Below are positions 1 to 11,670 of a stretch of DNA of 64,000 nucleotides, piece by piece; position 1 is the stretch's first letter; each line of letters starts with the position of its first letter. This DNA is from an uncultured Gammaproteobacteria bacterium (GTDB lineage Bacteria; Pseudomonadota; Gammaproteobacteria; JAURND01): NCBI GenBank assembly GCA_963714975.1, contig CAVQQD010000003.1:384001-448000 (forward strand), written 5' to 3'. The notes beneath the pieces were generated by a model, which saw only the letters and a program-made list of their open reading frames with translations, was not told the origin of the DNA and did not search any database. Made by a program: the position numbers and the translations under genes.

Positions 1-145
1 AGAGGCTCGCCGGGACGAGCCTAGATTCTAGCCCAAAGCTGTTAGCGTTGTCATCATTGCTGTGGGGATGTCAAATCTATGGTATCTAGAAAAACTTCGT
101 GTATACTGTGCCGCTAAAGGCTCGACAAAGGGATTCTGCGGAACC

Positions 146-1237
146 ATGAAGAAAGTGTTGATTCTAGCTATGCTGCTGCTTTGGCCAGCACAGTTTTTAT
201 TGGCTCAAGAGCCCACGCCAGAGAGTAGCAATGCGCCTAGTGGTTTCCAGCAGCAATTGCAGAGCATTCAGCGGTCAATGGACCGCCCCAGTACCTCGGA
301 TCAGCCAACTTCAACCCCAACTCCAAGCGCTAGCGCTAATCCCCCTCCTGCTTCCAATGTACAGATACCGATTGTACCGAGTCCGGGAGATTTAAATCCG
401 ACTCCCCCTCCTGCTGCTCCTGCAGCAGCAAGTGCAATGGCGGCTGCTCCCGCGCAACCCGCTCCAGCTGATTTACGTGACGAGGCATTTTTAAAAGTCA
501 CCAATACTTTATTACCTCTTTCTCCAGCACAGATTCAGATGCTAAGAAATGTCTATGATGCCACTCAACGGGCGGCTGCAGTTTTCCCTGGGGTTCCGCC
601 GCGCCCGACCTCAACCTCGCTGTTAGTTGACTTATCCCCTGGATCCGTTCCCCCAGTGATTCGTTTAGGCTCAGGTTTTGTCACTTCTATCGTATTTGTG
701 GATTCAACCGGAGCGCCTTGGCCAATTGATTCCTATAGTCTGGGGAACCCAGCGGCTTTTAACATTGTTTGGGATAAAAAAGGCAATATTTTGCTAGCTC
801 AAGCAATCACCACACATCGCGTTGGTAACCTAGCCGTGATCCTAAAAGGACTGAATACCCCAGTGATGATTAACTTAAATCCAGGTCAGGCAGCCATGGA
901 TGTTCGGGTTGAGTTGAGAATTCCAGGCCTTGGCCCCGAGGCAAAAAATACGGTTTTTTCTGGGTTGCCAGGAGAGCAAAGTCCATTTTTGCTCGATTTA
1001 TTGGCTGGAATTCCTCCGGCGGGTTCCAGAGTATTAAAAGCATCTGCCTGTGATGGTTGCGCCTGGTTACACCAGGGTAAGTTATACTTGCGTACTCCTT
1101 ACACGGTGATTTCGCCGGCCTGGATTTCGACACTCTCCAGCGCTGATGGTACTCACGTGTATGAGCTGCAACCCACTCCTTTAGTACTTGTTACGTATAA
1201 TGGTAAGACCATCAAGCTTAAAATTGAGGGATTTTAA
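146..1237 (+). CDS. icmK: Dot/Icm T4BSS core complex protein IcmK/DotH
   Basis: Signal peptide, Pro/Ala-rich N-terminus, then DLSPGSVPPVIRLGSGFVTSIVFVDSTGAPWPI typical of DotH; first gene of the K-E-G-C-D-J-B order. ATG 146 preferred over the ORF start at 62. Confidence 0.93.
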   Translation: MKKVLILAMLLLWPAQFLLAQEPTPESSNAPSGFQQQLQSIQRSMDRPSTSDQPTSTPTPSASANPPPASNVQIPIVPSPGDLNPTPPPAAPAAASAMAAAPAQPAPADLRDEAFLKVTNTLLPLSPAQIQMLRNVYDATQRAAAVFPGVPPRPTSTSLLVDLSPGSVPPVIRLGSGFVTSIVFVDSTGAPWPIDSYSLGNPAAFNIVWDKKGNILLAQAITTHRVGNLAVILKGLNTPVMINLNPGQAAMDVRVELRIPGLGPEAKNTVFSGLPGEQSPFLLDLLAGIPPAGSRVLKASACDGCAWLHQGKLYLRTPYTVISPAWISTLSSADGTHVYELQPTPLVLVTYNGKTIKLKIEGF

Positions 1238-1240
1238 AGC

Positions 1241-3916
1241 ATGGCAAAACTTAGCCAGGGAAATAAAACTCGTGTCCTGCTCGTGTTGATCGCTGTTATT
1301 GTGATCATTATCGGCATTGCTGTGGTTATCTGGGCATTAAAAAAACGCAGCGAAAAATTGGAGCATGTACAGGCTTCGGTCCAAGGAGTTCCCTCAATTC
1401 TTTCCTTACCTGGAGTTGGAACAAGTACTAAGCAACATGCGCAACTAATTCAGCAAGAAAATATCGCTAAGGCTAAGAAGGCCGAAGCAGAGCGTGCCTC
1501 TTTTGTGCCCACGATTACTAGAAGAGGCTATGTCGGTCAAGCGGTTAATGTGCCTCCCATGGGGATGCAAATTCAAGGGCCGACAGCCACTGGCTGCGAT
1601 CCTGCGGAATTGGATCGCGCCCGCCGAGCCGGGGTGAAAGTAGATGAATTGCGTTGCAAAGGTTGCACCAGCGAACAGTTGCACGCAGCAGGCTTTACTG
1701 CTGGAGAATTGATGGCGGCAGGTTTAAGTGCTACTGACTTACGCGCAGGAGGCTATACAGCAGCTGAGTTACGACAAGCAGGTTTTGATGCTACTGAGTT
1801 GGCTCAGGCCGGCTATGCTGCCAGCGAGTTAAAACAAGCTGGGTTCAATGTCACCCAATTAAAAGCCACTAAGGCCTTTGATGCCAAAATATTAAAAGAG
1901 GTTGGATATAAACCTAGTGAACTCAAAGAGGCAGGATTTTCTGCGGCTCAGCTTCGGGCAGCAGGAGATTCTGCTGCTGATCTTAAGGCCGGTGGTTATG
2001 CGGCAGCAGAAGCACGAAAGGCTGATTTTGTTGCACTCGAGTTAATCAAAGCAGGTTATTCTCCCCAGGAACTTGTGGAAGCTGGTTTTACTGACAGTGA
2101 ATTATCTGCAGCCAATATTTCTCCACAAAATATCAAAGCAGCTCGATCGGCAGCTGGGCCGCTTGATAAACTGCCTAAAGACTGTAACGCGAAGGCGCTG
2201 GCGGATGCGCGAAGCAAAGGGTTTACCGCACAAGCGATTAGGCAGAAGCTGAATTGCCCGCCTAGTGCACTGATGGAGGCTGGTTTTAGTGCTGAGGATT
2301 TGCGAGTGGCTCAATATACCCCCAAAGAACTAAAAACGGCGGGTTTTTCACCTGCGGAATTAAAGGCTGGGAGTTTTGATTTGATGCAGATTAAGGCAGC
2401 TGGTTTTACGCTTGGGGAGCTTAAGTCTGCAGGATTTACTGTGGGTGAGCTGGCCCGAGCTGGCTTTACTGCAAGTGAATTGGCAAAAGCGGGCTTTAAA
2501 GCTGATGATTTGCGAGCGGCAGGGCTGACAGCCAATGATTTAAAAGCAGCTGGGCTTAGTTTGGCTGATTTGAAAGCAGCAGGATACAGTACCGGGGAGC
2601 TGATTCGAGCGGGTTTTGCCCCTGAGGGGGTTGCCGCACCGCCAGGAATTAGTCCAATTACCGCGGTTCCTGCGCTTCCTGCAGGGGCGCCAGTTGCACC
2701 GCCTAGTGCTGCAACTCGGGTGAATGAATTAATCCAAGCCGGTTATACGCCAAGTGAATTAGAGAAAGCGGGTTTTCTCACGCCGCCAGCCACCCTACCA
2801 TCTCAGCCAGCAGTGACCACCCCTACTTCTGCCCCTACTTCTGCTGCACCCAGTGCTGTCACCTCAGCCGCCAAGGAAGCAGCGCAGAGAGTCTCAGCAA
2901 TCTCAGGAACAGCGCCGGCTGCTATAGCAAAAGTGACCACCCCCTCGGCTTCTGCCATCAGTGCCGCTGTAACGCCACCGTTGCCGACGCAAGAAGCAGA
3001 TGCTGAAAAACTGTTGGAAAAGCTGCAGGAAAATCAGTCCAAAGGAATGAATCCTCAACAACGAGGTGATCTGCAAAATAAAATAATATCCAGTATGACG
3101 GCACAAGCGAATCAATTGATTGCTTCTTGGAATCCACCCCCCACTCAGGTATTTGTCCCGGGTCAAGCTGGCGTGATAGGAGGCATACCTCAAGGTTCTG
3201 CTATCGTGGAACAAGCTGGAGGATCTACTGCTGTTGCAGGTGGCGCAGCACCTGCAGGTGCATTACCAGGGACGGGTGCCGCTGGCGCCATCACGGCAAT
3301 AAAGGCCGGTGATATTATGTTTGGAGTCTTGGATACGGGGATCAATAGCGATGAACAAAGTCCTATTTTAGCTACTATCGTTCAAGGTTCGTTAAAAGGT
3401 GGCAGGCTTTTAGGACAATTTTCTCGAGCGGGTGAAAAAGTAGTACTCACATTTACCACGATGAGTTTGCCTGGTTTACCGCGTAGTATTAGCGTCAATG
3501 CCGTGGCGATTGATCCAGATACCGCACGGACCGCCATTGCCAGTGAGGTGGATAACCACTATCTGCTCCGCTATGGGACCTTATTTGCTTCTTCCTTTGT
3601 TTCTGGGTTGGCCCAAGCTGTTGCTCAATCAGGCTCTACGATTGTGACCGAACCTTTTGGCCAAGCTATTATTCAAAATCCTACCACTTCTGCTCTGGAG
3701 AAGGGTTTGATTGCATTAGGCAATGTAGGTACACAATACGCAGGTGTACTAAAACAAAATTTCAATAGGGCTCCTACGATTACCGTAGATTCAGGTGCAG
3801 GGATTGGAATTTTATTTATGGCTGATTTAAGTCTACCCAATCCTCCTCCTGCTGCAGGGGTGGCAGCAGGAGGTGAAATAGCTGTTGTGCCTGTACCTGC
3901 AGTACCTGCGGGATGA
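1241..3916 (+). CDS. icmE: Dot/Icm IcmE/DotG (VirB10/TrbI-like)
   Basis: N-terminal TM helix, many xELxxAGF 10-residue repeats, C-terminal IKAGDIMFGVLDTGINSDE...VDNHYLLRYG domain. Confidence 0.95.
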   Translation: MAKLSQGNKTRVLLVLIAVIVIIIGIAVVIWALKKRSEKLEHVQASVQGVPSILSLPGVGTSTKQHAQLIQQENIAKAKKAEAERASFVPTITRRGYVGQAVNVPPMGMQIQGPTATGCDPAELDRARRAGVKVDELRCKGCTSEQLHAAGFTAGELMAAGLSATDLRAGGYTAAELRQAGFDATELAQAGYAASELKQAGFNVTQLKATKAFDAKILKEVGYKPSELKEAGFSAAQLRAAGDSAADLKAGGYAAAEARKADFVALELIKAGYSPQELVEAGFTDSELSAANISPQNIKAARSAAGPLDKLPKDCNAKALADARSKGFTAQAIRQKLNCPPSALMEAGFSAEDLRVAQYTPKELKTAGFSPAELKAGSFDLMQIKAAGFTLGELKSAGFTVGELARAGFTASELAKAGFKADDLRAAGLTANDLKAAGLSLADLKAAGYSTGELIRAGFAPEGVAAPPGISPITAVPALPAGAPVAPPSAATRVNELIQAGYTPSELEKAGFLTPPATLPSQPAVTTPTSAPTSAAPSAVTSAAKEAAQRVSAISGTAPAAIAKVTTPSASAISAAVTPPLPTQEADAEKLLEKLQENQSKGMNPQQRGDLQNKIISSMTAQANQLIASWNPPPTQVFVPGQAGVIGGIPQGSAIVEQAGGSTAVAGGAAPAGALPGTGAAGAITAIKAGDIMFGVLDTGINSDEQSPILATIVQGSLKGGRLLGQFSRAGEKVVLTFTTMSLPGLPRSISVNAVAIDPDTARTAIASEVDNHYLLRYGTLFASSFVSGLAQAVAQSGSTIVTEPFGQAIIQNPTTSALEKGLIALGNVGTQYAGVLKQNFNRAPTITVDSGAGIGILFMADLSLPNPPPAAGVAAGGEIAVVPVPAVPAG

Positions 3917-3932
3917 TAAAAAATTTGGGGTT

Positions 3933-3965
3933 ATTAATACTCTCTTAAGGAATACAGTGTAATAT
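3933..3965 (+). promoter_or_regulatory. Putative PmrA box plus -10 element upstream of icmG
   Basis: aTTAAtacT-ct-cTTAAggaa with 11-bp period, then 7 nt and TAATAT; resembles the Legionella/Coxiella PmrA tandem motif. Confidence 0.55.
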
Positions 3966-3978
3966 AAGGGTCAATGAA

Positions 3979-4716
3979 ATGAATACGAAAAAGTCTCCTG
4001 AAAAACCTAGTGAGGAATATCATTACCCAGAAGAGCAGTTTGGGGAAGAGGTAACTCCACCGGAGCCGCCTGAAAAAGAAACGAAACCTAAGTTTAGGAA
4101 GATTTCTCGTAAGAAAATATTTTTTGTAGTTATCGTTATTATCATTATAGGAGTTATCTACCAGTTTTTGGGGCAGCGGGAAAAGACGGTTTTAGAGAGT
4201 GCTAAACGTGAGTTAGCTCAAGTAGAAGCCCCCGTGAGTCCAAAGCAACCAGCAAAATCTGCGTCGGTTGCTAAAACAGAAAAAACCGAGGTGACTCGGC
4301 CGGCGGCTTTATCAGCTGAGCAAACTCGGCAGTTAGCTCAGATAGCCAAGCAAGAAGCGACGATTAAAGAACTACAAGGGGCAGTAAAGCAAGCTAACCA
4401 GTCGATCAATGACTTAAATACTGCTTTATTGAGCTTAGCAAATTCAGTAGAAGCCTTAGCAAACCAAGTGGTTGAGCTGAGAAATGTTGAACGAGTACAG
4501 GGGGTTGCTGCTACCAATGCACCACCACCCATGTTCCACCTGAAGGCAGTTATTTCTGGGCGGGCTTGGATAGAATCAGGAAAAGGTAGACTGATTACAG
4601 TTAAAGTAGGAGATAACCTACCGGGTTATGGTGAAGTGACTGGTATCAATCCAGGGGATGGATTAGTAAACACGAGTTCTGGAGCAGTCATTACTTATGG
4701 CCTGCATGATAGTTGA
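3979..4716 (+). CDS. icmG: Dot/Icm IcmG/DotF
   Basis: TM helix, coiled coil, C-terminal AVISGRAWI...VKVGDNLPGYGEVTGI...TSSG motif; synteny. Confidence 0.92.
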   Translation: MNTKKSPEKPSEEYHYPEEQFGEEVTPPEPPEKETKPKFRKISRKKIFFVVIVIIIIGVIYQFLGQREKTVLESAKRELAQVEAPVSPKQPAKSASVAKTEKTEVTRPAALSAEQTRQLAQIAKQEATIKELQGAVKQANQSINDLNTALLSLANSVEALANQVVELRNVERVQGVAATNAPPPMFHLKAVISGRAWIESGKGRLITVKVGDNLPGYGEVTGINPGDGLVNTSSGAVITYGLHDS

Positions 4717-4743
4717 GATCGATATGAGTAAGTGGGAATTACC

Positions 4744-5604
4744 ATGCGCAAAATAATAGTCAGTTTAATGTTGTTCTTTTCTTTACTTTTAGTGGCTGGC
4801 GTCTCTTTGGCAAATGATGCTTCTACTCCTGTTCGTACACCGATGACTCTAGAAGAAGCGAGACATTTTTTAAATGCAGGTGCTTTGGATCAAAAAAGCC
4901 TGTGGTTGAAGAGTCGTCGTTCGGAGTGGGAATTGCTGGAAATTACCATGAGAGGCGATTTTGATACCATTGATTGGAATGCAATTTTTAAAGATGTGTA
5001 TGGCTATGACCCTAGAAATCCTCCGAAGGGGCCAACTAAACCAGGTACTGGGGATGGTAATGATAGCGGGATTCCAGGTTTTCTGGATGTGACTTACATC
5101 CTGGAAAATTTGCAAAAGCAAATACCGGCACTGACCCGTTTAGTGGTTGCTATTAGTTATGTTTGTGGCCTAGTATTCATAATATTAGCGGTAGGCCGTT
5201 TAAAAGCGTATGGTCATCAAACTGTTGCTTCGGCTTACCATACCTCGATGGGACCTTCGCTGGCTTATGGATTGGCTGGGGCCGCATTGATGTACTTCCC
5301 GAGTATGATGAATGTGGGTACAGCAACGCTTTTGGGACCGGTAGGGGGAGACTCGTTATTAGGTTATTCGCCTTTAAATGGGTTGCCTTATGCGCAGTTA
5401 TTTGTCACCGTGATTATGATTGTGAGATTAGTCGGGTTTATTGCTTTTCTCCGCGGCTGGCTAATGTTATCCAAGGTGGGTAGTTCACATGGCCAGCAGG
5501 GCCAGTTGACCAAGGGAATTGTTCACCTCATAGGAGGTATTTTGGCGGTGAATATTATCACTACATGGGAAATTCTGAGGGCTACATTAGGTTATGTTTG
5601 GTAG
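4744..5604 (+). CDS. icmC: Dot/Icm IcmC/DotE-like membrane protein with N-terminal extension
   Basis: LTRLVVAISYVCG...RLKAYG, IVRLVGFIAFLRG and HLIGGILAVNI segments; position between icmG and icmD. Start could be GTG 4732 or ATG 4744. Confidence 0.85.
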   Translation: MRKIIVSLMLFFSLLLVAGVSLANDASTPVRTPMTLEEARHFLNAGALDQKSLWLKSRRSEWELLEITMRGDFDTIDWNAIFKDVYGYDPRNPPKGPTKPGTGDGNDSGIPGFLDVTYILENLQKQIPALTRLVVAISYVCGLVFIILAVGRLKAYGHQTVASAYHTSMGPSLAYGLAGAALMYFPSMMNVGTATLLGPVGGDSLLGYSPLNGLPYAQLFVTVIMIVRLVGFIAFLRGWLMLSKVGSSHGQQGQLTKGIVHLIGGILAVNIITTWEILRATLGYVW

Positions 5605-5669
5605 GAAGATTGTAGTGATAGAATTGGTCGCAGGAAGCGATGGTATTTGTATTAGTTGATTTTTAAGAG

Positions 5670-6104
5670 GTGAATATGCGTAATTTAATCAGACACAATA
5701 AATTTTTATTGTTTATTGGGTTGGCATTTTTAAGCATGCTAAGTGGAGTTGCTTTGGCTGCTCCTGACATTGATTCCAGTTATACTTTGGGAAGTGTGGC
5801 GAACCAGGTGACTGGTTCGTTTAGAGAGCTTGGTATGTTAATGATTGCCGGGTGTTATATTGGTGGTTTTGGATTGGTTTGTGCTTCGATGTTTAAGTTT
5901 AAGGCGCACAAAGATAATCCAACTCAGGTGCCTTTGGGAACTCCGGTGGCATTGTTCTCCATTGGTGTGTTACTGGCCTTCTTGCCAGCAATATTATCGC
6001 CTGCCGGTGTCACAATATTTGGTGACAAAACTGTTGCTGGTGGTTTCAGAGGAGAAGGTGTGTCTGCCATGTATGATGATGGTGCTCCTGATCCTGATGT
6101 TTAA
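5670..6104 (+). CDS. icmD: Dot/Icm IcmD/DotP
   Basis: KFKAHKDNPTQVPLGTPVAL hallmark motif. Confidence 0.93.
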   Translation: MNMRNLIRHNKFLLFIGLAFLSMLSGVALAAPDIDSSYTLGSVANQVTGSFRELGMLMIAGCYIGGFGLVCASMFKFKAHKDNPTQVPLGTPVALFSIGVLLAFLPAILSPAGVTIFGDKTVAGGFRGEGVSAMYDDGAPDPDV

Positions 6105-6115
6105 GGAATAATACA

Positions 6116-6724
6116 TTGCATGAATTGCCATTAACGGTAATTCCTGGGGCCTGGCGCTTGTTTTTGGCCAGAAAGGCTGATAAAGGATTTGAAAAATTTA
6201 GTCGGCAAGTGTGGGAACGGGATGATTACACTTGCCGATTTTGTGGATTCCAAGCTAGGCAATTCCAGGAAATAATTAATTTAGATTGTAACTATCACAA
6301 TAACAAGCTGTCCAATTTAGCGACGGCTTGTTGTTTTTGTGCCCAATGTTTTTTCTTAGAAGCAGTGGGTAAAGGAGAATATGGCGGAGGTACGTTAATT
6401 TACCTGCCAGAAATTAGCCAACCCAATCTTAACGGATTATGTCACGTCTTATTTTGTGCGATTGCTAATGCCAGTGAATATCGGGTTGATGCACAAAATA
6501 TTTATCGAAGCCTAAAACTTCGTTCCAAACTGGTAGAAGAAAAATTAGGTGAAGCGATGGGCGATCCTTCCATAGTAGGCCAAATGCTCAATAATGTCTT
6601 ACAAGATCCCAAAGCCTCTTTACCTTCTTGGTTAAATTTCTTACGCTTATTGCCAGCGCGAGCTCGATTTACCCAACAAATCGAAGCCTGGGCGGCAGCA
6701 GCCTTAAATGAATTAGCAACGTAA
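6116..6724 (+). CDS. icmJ: Dot/Icm IcmJ/DotN
   Basis: RDDYTCRFCG and TACCFCAQC zinc/HNH-like motifs; TTG start; synteny. Confidence 0.93.
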   Translation: MHELPLTVIPGAWRLFLARKADKGFEKFSRQVWERDDYTCRFCGFQARQFQEIINLDCNYHNNKLSNLATACCFCAQCFFLEAVGKGEYGGGTLIYLPEISQPNLNGLCHVLFCAIANASEYRVDAQNIYRSLKLRSKLVEEKLGEAMGDPSIVGQMLNNVLQDPKASLPSWLNFLRLLPARARFTQQIEAWAAAALNELAT

Positions 6725-6732
6725 GGAAAAGC

Positions 6733-9700
6733 ATGGCAAATTTCATTAATTCTTTTCTTGATAGCATTGATGTATTTTTAGCGTGGTTATCGACTTCTTT
6801 AAAACAAACCGTCCAATCGTATTGTGATATTCAAACTGCAGATAGTCCTACTTCCTTAGTATCACACGACGGTTCTTTAGTTTCAGTGATCAAAGTACGG
6901 GGAGTAAGAGCGCTAATCGGCAAAGAAGAATTTGATAAAATTCAAACGGGTTTGGGTCATAGTTTGCAAACGACCATGTCTAGGCCGGGACATGCGATCC
7001 AAATTTATTTTAACTACAATAAAGACGATATTGCCGAGCAAATTGGTGAAATTTTTCAACCGGCAAAAGAAACGGCGCATCGTCTTGAATGCCAAGTAGA
7101 AGATTTATTTAATGAACGTATTGCGCATCTATCCCGCTATTGTGCGGATGAATCGGTTTATCTGGTATTGTGGACACGTCCTGCTTCTTTAACCTCGGAA
7201 CAACTCAGACGGGCTAAAAAAGACAAAACTAAAACGATTAAAGATAAAAAAATCCCGCCGTTTCGCTATACCCAAAATGTGGTTGCTGCATTGGCTGATT
7301 TACGTGAGTCGCATGATTCTTTTGTTCGAGCGCTGATGAGTGACTTGGGCATGTTGGAAATTGCGGCTGATTTGCTGGAAGTGCATGAAGCTATTTATGC
7401 GATGCGCAAGACGGTAGATCCTACTTTTACCGACCGAAATTGGCGTCCGTTATTACCGGGTGACAAAATTACGATTAAAGATTCTCAGCAAGTTCGTGGT
7501 GAAGTCTCGGATATTTTATGGCCCTCTCTGGCACGCCAATTATTGCCGCGGGAAGCAGAAAATATGGATTTGCGTACCGTGCGGATAGGTGATCGGATTT
7601 ATTCTGCGGTTTATGTTGATTTGTTTCCTAAAGAAGTATTGCCCTTTGCTACGTTATTTGCCCGCACGGTACAAACGCAAATTCCCTGGCGTATTTCCTT
7701 TTTAATCGAAGGTGGGGGCTTGAGTTCCTTGCGACTGAAATCCGCTTTGTCGACGATTTTAGCGTTTAGCTCGGCACAAAATAGATTGCTCAATGATGCC
7801 GTGAGTTTGTTAAGATACATTAATATCAATACCGATGATGCGGTAGTCAAATTACGCGTGGCCGCAGCGACTTGGGCCCCGGAAAATAACCTGCGGTTAC
7901 TGCGTAATCGCACCGCGCAGCTTGCCAAGGCGATTGAAGGCTGGGGTTCCTGCGATGTTTCGGAGATCTGCGGTGATGCATTTGCTGGCGTGGTTTCCAG
8001 CATGTTGGGGGTCAGTGCTGAAAGTGTCGCTACGGCCTCGGTCGCGCCGTTAACGGATATATTGCACATGGCTCCTTTATTCCGCCCTTCTTCTCCCTGG
8101 CCGGAGGGAGCGATTTTATTTCGATCTCCTGATGGGAAACCCTGGCCGTATCAACCGGGGTCAAGCGAACAAACGACCTGGATTGACCTGATTTATGCTC
8201 GACCGGGTTCGGGTAAATCTGTTTTGTCCAACGCGATCAATTTGGCTTTAGTGCTAAGCCCTGGAATTCAAAGATTACCGCGGATCGGTATTATTGATAT
8301 CGGCCCTTCCAGCAGTGGTTTGATCTCTTTGGTAAAAGAATCATTACCGCCCAGCAAGCGGCACTTGGTGGCTTATTATCGTTTGCGGATGACACCCGAT
8401 TACAGTATTAATCCCTTTGATACCCAATTAGGGTGCCGTTACCCCACGCCCTTAGATCGGAATTTTTTAGTTAATTTCCTTACTTTGCTAGGCACGCCGA
8501 TTGGGTCTACCAAGCCCTATGATGGTGTTTCCGATATGGCTGGTTTGATTGTGGATGAGATGTATAAAGTATTGGCAGATGATGGCAACCCCCACGTTTA
8601 CACCAAGGGAGTTGAAGAAGTTGTCGATGGTATTTTGGAGGAAATAGGCTTTGTGCAAGACCCACATACCACCTGGTGGGAGGTGACGGATGCACTTTTT
8701 GTCGCTGGATTTATCCATGAGGCAACAATTGCTCAACGTCATGCGGTACCGATTTTAGCGGATGTGACCTCGATTTGCCGTTCTCCCGGGGTTGAAGACT
8801 TGTATGGAAAAATTATTGCGCCGACTGGAGAGCATTTAATTGCGGCTTTTTCGCGAATGATTTCAAGTGCCATTCGTGAATACCCCATTATTGCTGAGGC
8901 CACGAAGTTTGATATTGGCGATACCAAAATTGTCTCATTGGACTTAGATGAGGTGGCCAAAAGCGGAGGAGATGCAGCTAACCGGCAAACTTCCGTGATG
9001 TATATGTTGGCACGTTTTGTGATGGCACGTCATTATTTCTTAACTGAAGCGGATATCAAAGATATGCCGGAGACCTATCACAGCTATCATGAAGCCCGGA
9101 TTATGGAAATTCGGGAAGATCCTAAGCGTATTGTGATGGATGAATTTCACCGCACCGCCGGGGTTGAAGCAGTTCGAGCACAAGTGATTCAAGATATGCG
9201 CGAAGGACGAAAATGGAAAGTGCAGGTTGCCTTGATTTCGCAATCCCTAGACGATTTTGATCCAGTGATGGTAGAGTTTGCAACTTCGGTATTTATTATG
9301 GATGCCGGCCCGGAGCAGGCGGTACAAAAAACCACCCGGATTTTTGGGTTGTCGAGTACCGGGCAGCAAGCCTTACGGACGCGCGTGCATGGTCCGAAAG
9401 AAGGCGGTGCTACTTTTTTAGCCCAATTTGCGACTAAAAATGGTATGAATACCCAATTGTTGACCTTGACCCTCGGGCCGGTAGAGTTGTGGTCATTTAG
9501 TACTACATTAGAAGACACCCAAGTTCGTAATAAACTCTACCAAAAGCTTGGTCCTGTTGAGGCTCGTCGTGTTTTAGCAGTATTATTTCCTGCGGGTTCA
9601 GTAGTCAAAATTATTGAAGAGCGTCTATTAACTGTGAAGGAAAAGTTTGGTTTGATTGGCGAAGAAAGTAAATTAGGCGTGATTGACGAATTAGTACAAC

Positions 9701-9750
9701 AAATTCTAGCGGCTTATGCTCAGAATCCTGACGTTCGATATTTGGTATGA
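6733..9750 (+). CDS. icmB: Dot/Icm ATPase IcmB/DotO (VirB4-like)
   Basis: 1005 aa, Walker A ARPGSGKS, Walker B VMDEFHR, REGRKW motif. Confidence 0.96.
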   Translation: MANFINSFLDSIDVFLAWLSTSLKQTVQSYCDIQTADSPTSLVSHDGSLVSVIKVRGVRALIGKEEFDKIQTGLGHSLQTTMSRPGHAIQIYFNYNKDDIAEQIGEIFQPAKETAHRLECQVEDLFNERIAHLSRYCADESVYLVLWTRPASLTSEQLRRAKKDKTKTIKDKKIPPFRYTQNVVAALADLRESHDSFVRALMSDLGMLEIAADLLEVHEAIYAMRKTVDPTFTDRNWRPLLPGDKITIKDSQQVRGEVSDILWPSLARQLLPREAENMDLRTVRIGDRIYSAVYVDLFPKEVLPFATLFARTVQTQIPWRISFLIEGGGLSSLRLKSALSTILAFSSAQNRLLNDAVSLLRYININTDDAVVKLRVAAATWAPENNLRLLRNRTAQLAKAIEGWGSCDVSEICGDAFAGVVSSMLGVSAESVATASVAPLTDILHMAPLFRPSSPWPEGAILFRSPDGKPWPYQPGSSEQTTWIDLIYARPGSGKSVLSNAINLALVLSPGIQRLPRIGIIDIGPSSSGLISLVKESLPPSKRHLVAYYRLRMTPDYSINPFDTQLGCRYPTPLDRNFLVNFLTLLGTPIGSTKPYDGVSDMAGLIVDEMYKVLADDGNPHVYTKGVEEVVDGILEEIGFVQDPHTTWWEVTDALFVAGFIHEATIAQRHAVPILADVTSICRSPGVEDLYGKIIAPTGEHLIAAFSRMISSAIREYPIIAEATKFDIGDTKIVSLDLDEVAKSGGDAANRQTSVMYMLARFVMARHYFLTEADIKDMPETYHSYHEARIMEIREDPKRIVMDEFHRTAGVEAVRAQVIQDMREGRKWKVQVALISQSLDDFDPVMVEFATSVFIMDAGPEQAVQKTTRIFGLSSTGQQALRTRVHGPKEGGATFLAQFATKNGMNTQLLTLTLGPVELWSFSTTLEDTQVRNKLYQKLGPVEARRVLAVLFPAGSVVKIIEERLLTVKEKFGLIGEESKLGVIDELVQQILAAYAQNPDVRYLV

Positions 9751-11084
9751 AGAAAAAACTCTATATAAAAACCCATGGCTGTCAGATGAATGAATATGAT
9801 TCCTCGAAGATGATCGATGTTCTTAGAGGCACATATGAAATTGAAGTAGTAGCTGCACCTGAGGGGGCAGATATCCTTATCCTGAATACTTGTTCAGTAC
9901 GAGAAAAGGCTCAAGAAAAAGCGGTTTCTGATGTGGGCCGATGGCGGCTGTTAAAGCAGAATAACCCCGATATTATTATTGGCGTGGGGGGGTGTGTAGC
10001 TAGTCAAGAAGGGGAGTTGCTGCTTAAGCGTGCTCCCGCTATTGATATTATATTTGGCCCACAAACTTTACATCGCTTGCCGCAATTAATTGCCGAAAAG
10101 CAACGAACACGCCGTCCTGTTATTGATATTTCCTTTCCTGAGATTGAAAAATTTGATCGATTACCTGAGCCACGTGCCGAAGGGTGTACGGCCTTTGTTT
10201 CCATTATGGAGGGCTGTAGTAAATATTGTAGCTTTTGCATTGTGCCCTACACGCGTGGGGAAGAGCTCAGCCGCTCGCTGGATAGTGTTATTTATGAAAT
10301 AGCCAAATTAGCCGAGCAAGGAGTGCGAGAAGTCACTCTGTTAGGCCAAAATGTGAATGATTATCAAGGGGCCATGCATTCAGGAGCAGTGGCAGATTTA
10401 GCCTTATTAATCCGCTATGTGGCTGCGATTGATGGAATTGAACGCATTCGCTTTACCACTTCTCATCCCGTAGCTTTTTCCGATGCCTTAATCGAAGTAT
10501 TTGCCCAGGAGCCCAAGCTGGCTAATCATTTGCATTTACCGGTACAAAGTGGCTCAGATCGAATTTTAGCGGCCATGAAGCGGGGTTATACGGCTCTTGA
10601 ATATAAAGCAAAGATTCGGAAGTTGCGTAAGGTAAGGCCGGATATCAGTTTAACTTCCGATTTTATCGTTGGGTTTCCTGGTGAAACAGAAGCAGATTTT
10701 ATGGCGACGATGAATTTAATTCATGAGGTCGGGTTTGATTATTCATTTAGTTTTTTATACAGCAAGCGCCCAGGCACTCCGGCAGCACAATTACCCGACG
10801 ATGTTCCTCTGGAGCTAAAGAAACAGCGTTTAGAGGTTTTGCAACAGCGTCTAGTGCAGCAAGGAATGGCGATTAGTCGTGGCCTGGTAGGGACAATGCA
10901 GCGCGTTTTAGTTACCGGTCCCTCAAAGAAAGATCCAGAACATCAGCTATCAGGTCGTACTGAAAATAATCGAGTGGTAAATTTTGCTAAACCAGTAGGC
11001 ACAGGAAAAATAGTCACAGGCAGCCTTATCTCAGTGCGCATTACTGAAGCATTGACAAATTCCTTGCGTGGGGTAATCGATTGA
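9747..11084 (+). CDS. miaB: tRNA-2-methylthio-N6-dimethylallyladenosine synthase
   Basis: GCQMNEYDS, radical [11 protein letters not shown] motif, C-terminal TRAM domain. Confidence 0.97.
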   Translation: MKKKLYIKTHGCQMNEYDSSKMIDVLRGTYEIEVVAAPEGADILILNTCSVREKAQEKAVSDVGRWRLLKQNNPDIIIGVGGCVASQEGELLLKRAPAIDIIFGPQTLHRLPQLIAEKQRTRRPVIDISFPEIEKFDRLPEPRAEGCTAFVSIMEGCSKYCSFCIVPYTRGEELSRSLDSVIYEIAKLAEQGVREVTLLGQNVNDYQGAMHSGAVADLALLIRYVAAIDGIERIRFTTSHPVAFSDALIEVFAQEPKLANHLHLPVQSGSDRILAAMKRGYTALEYKAKIRKLRKVRPDISLTSDFIVGFPGETEADFMATMNLIHEVGFDYSFSFLYSKRPGTPAAQLPDDVPLELKKQRLEVLQQRLVQQGMAISRGLVGTMQRVLVTGPSKKDPEHQLSGRTENNRVVNFAKPVGTGKIVTGSLISVRITEALTNSLRGVID

Positions 11085-11099
11085 CCGCAACCCTACAGC

Positions 11100-11534
11100 T
11101 CAGCCTCGATGAGTCAATGGCTGTGACTCAATGTCCTCCTCCGCAAAGTCTTCTACTGTTACTATCTGATTTGGGTCCATGCTTGCTAGTTCTGCTTCCG
11201 CTCTTGCTAGTTGTTCTTCCGCAGTTAATGGGGGATCCCAGCTTTCAACCAATTCCCTACTGCAGGGAAAGAATCGCATTAGCTTAGCCGTTAATCCCCC
11301 ACCTATAGTCGCAACCACTGTCCCGGCAAGGCTGAAAAAGGCGAAAGCGCGGCGCTCATCAGTTGAGAGAGGTGTTTCATACAAGTGATTAGTCAAAGGA
11401 ATACTTATAGAATATGCAATGAGAGAAACTAATGCTCCAGAAACGAAACCATTGACTGCGAACTTTTTTTCTGCACGAAGTTGATTATATTCATGCTGAA
11501 TTTTTTGTAGACAACTTTTTTTTTCATCGCTCAT
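11100..11534 (-). CDS. Orphan two-TM protein, candidate Dot/Icm substrate
   Basis: ATG with GAGG RBS, two hydrophobic segments, acidic C-terminal tail. Confidence 0.65.
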   Translation of the reverse strand: MSDEKKSCLQKIQHEYNQLRAEKKFAVNGFVSGALVSLIAYSISIPLTNHLYETPLSTDERRAFAFFSLAGTVVATIGGGLTAKLMRFFPCSRELVESWDPPLTAEEQLARAEAELASMDPNQIVTVEDFAEEDIESQPLTHRG

Positions 11535-11670
11535 AGGTCACCTCTATTGGGTTAAAGTTTTACTATTTGATTTTGCAAAAAATTGCAAATAAATATTACG
11601 CCTTAATGTCAGGAATGTCATGTGTGTTAATCTTGTGTATAATGCTGGTTTCGGAGATAAAAGGTATTTC

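Noticed and set aside
1690-2620. Periodic repeats in icmE as a CRISPR or novel array
   Set aside because: They are degenerate in-frame protein repeats expected for DotG; there are no identical DNA repeats with spacers.
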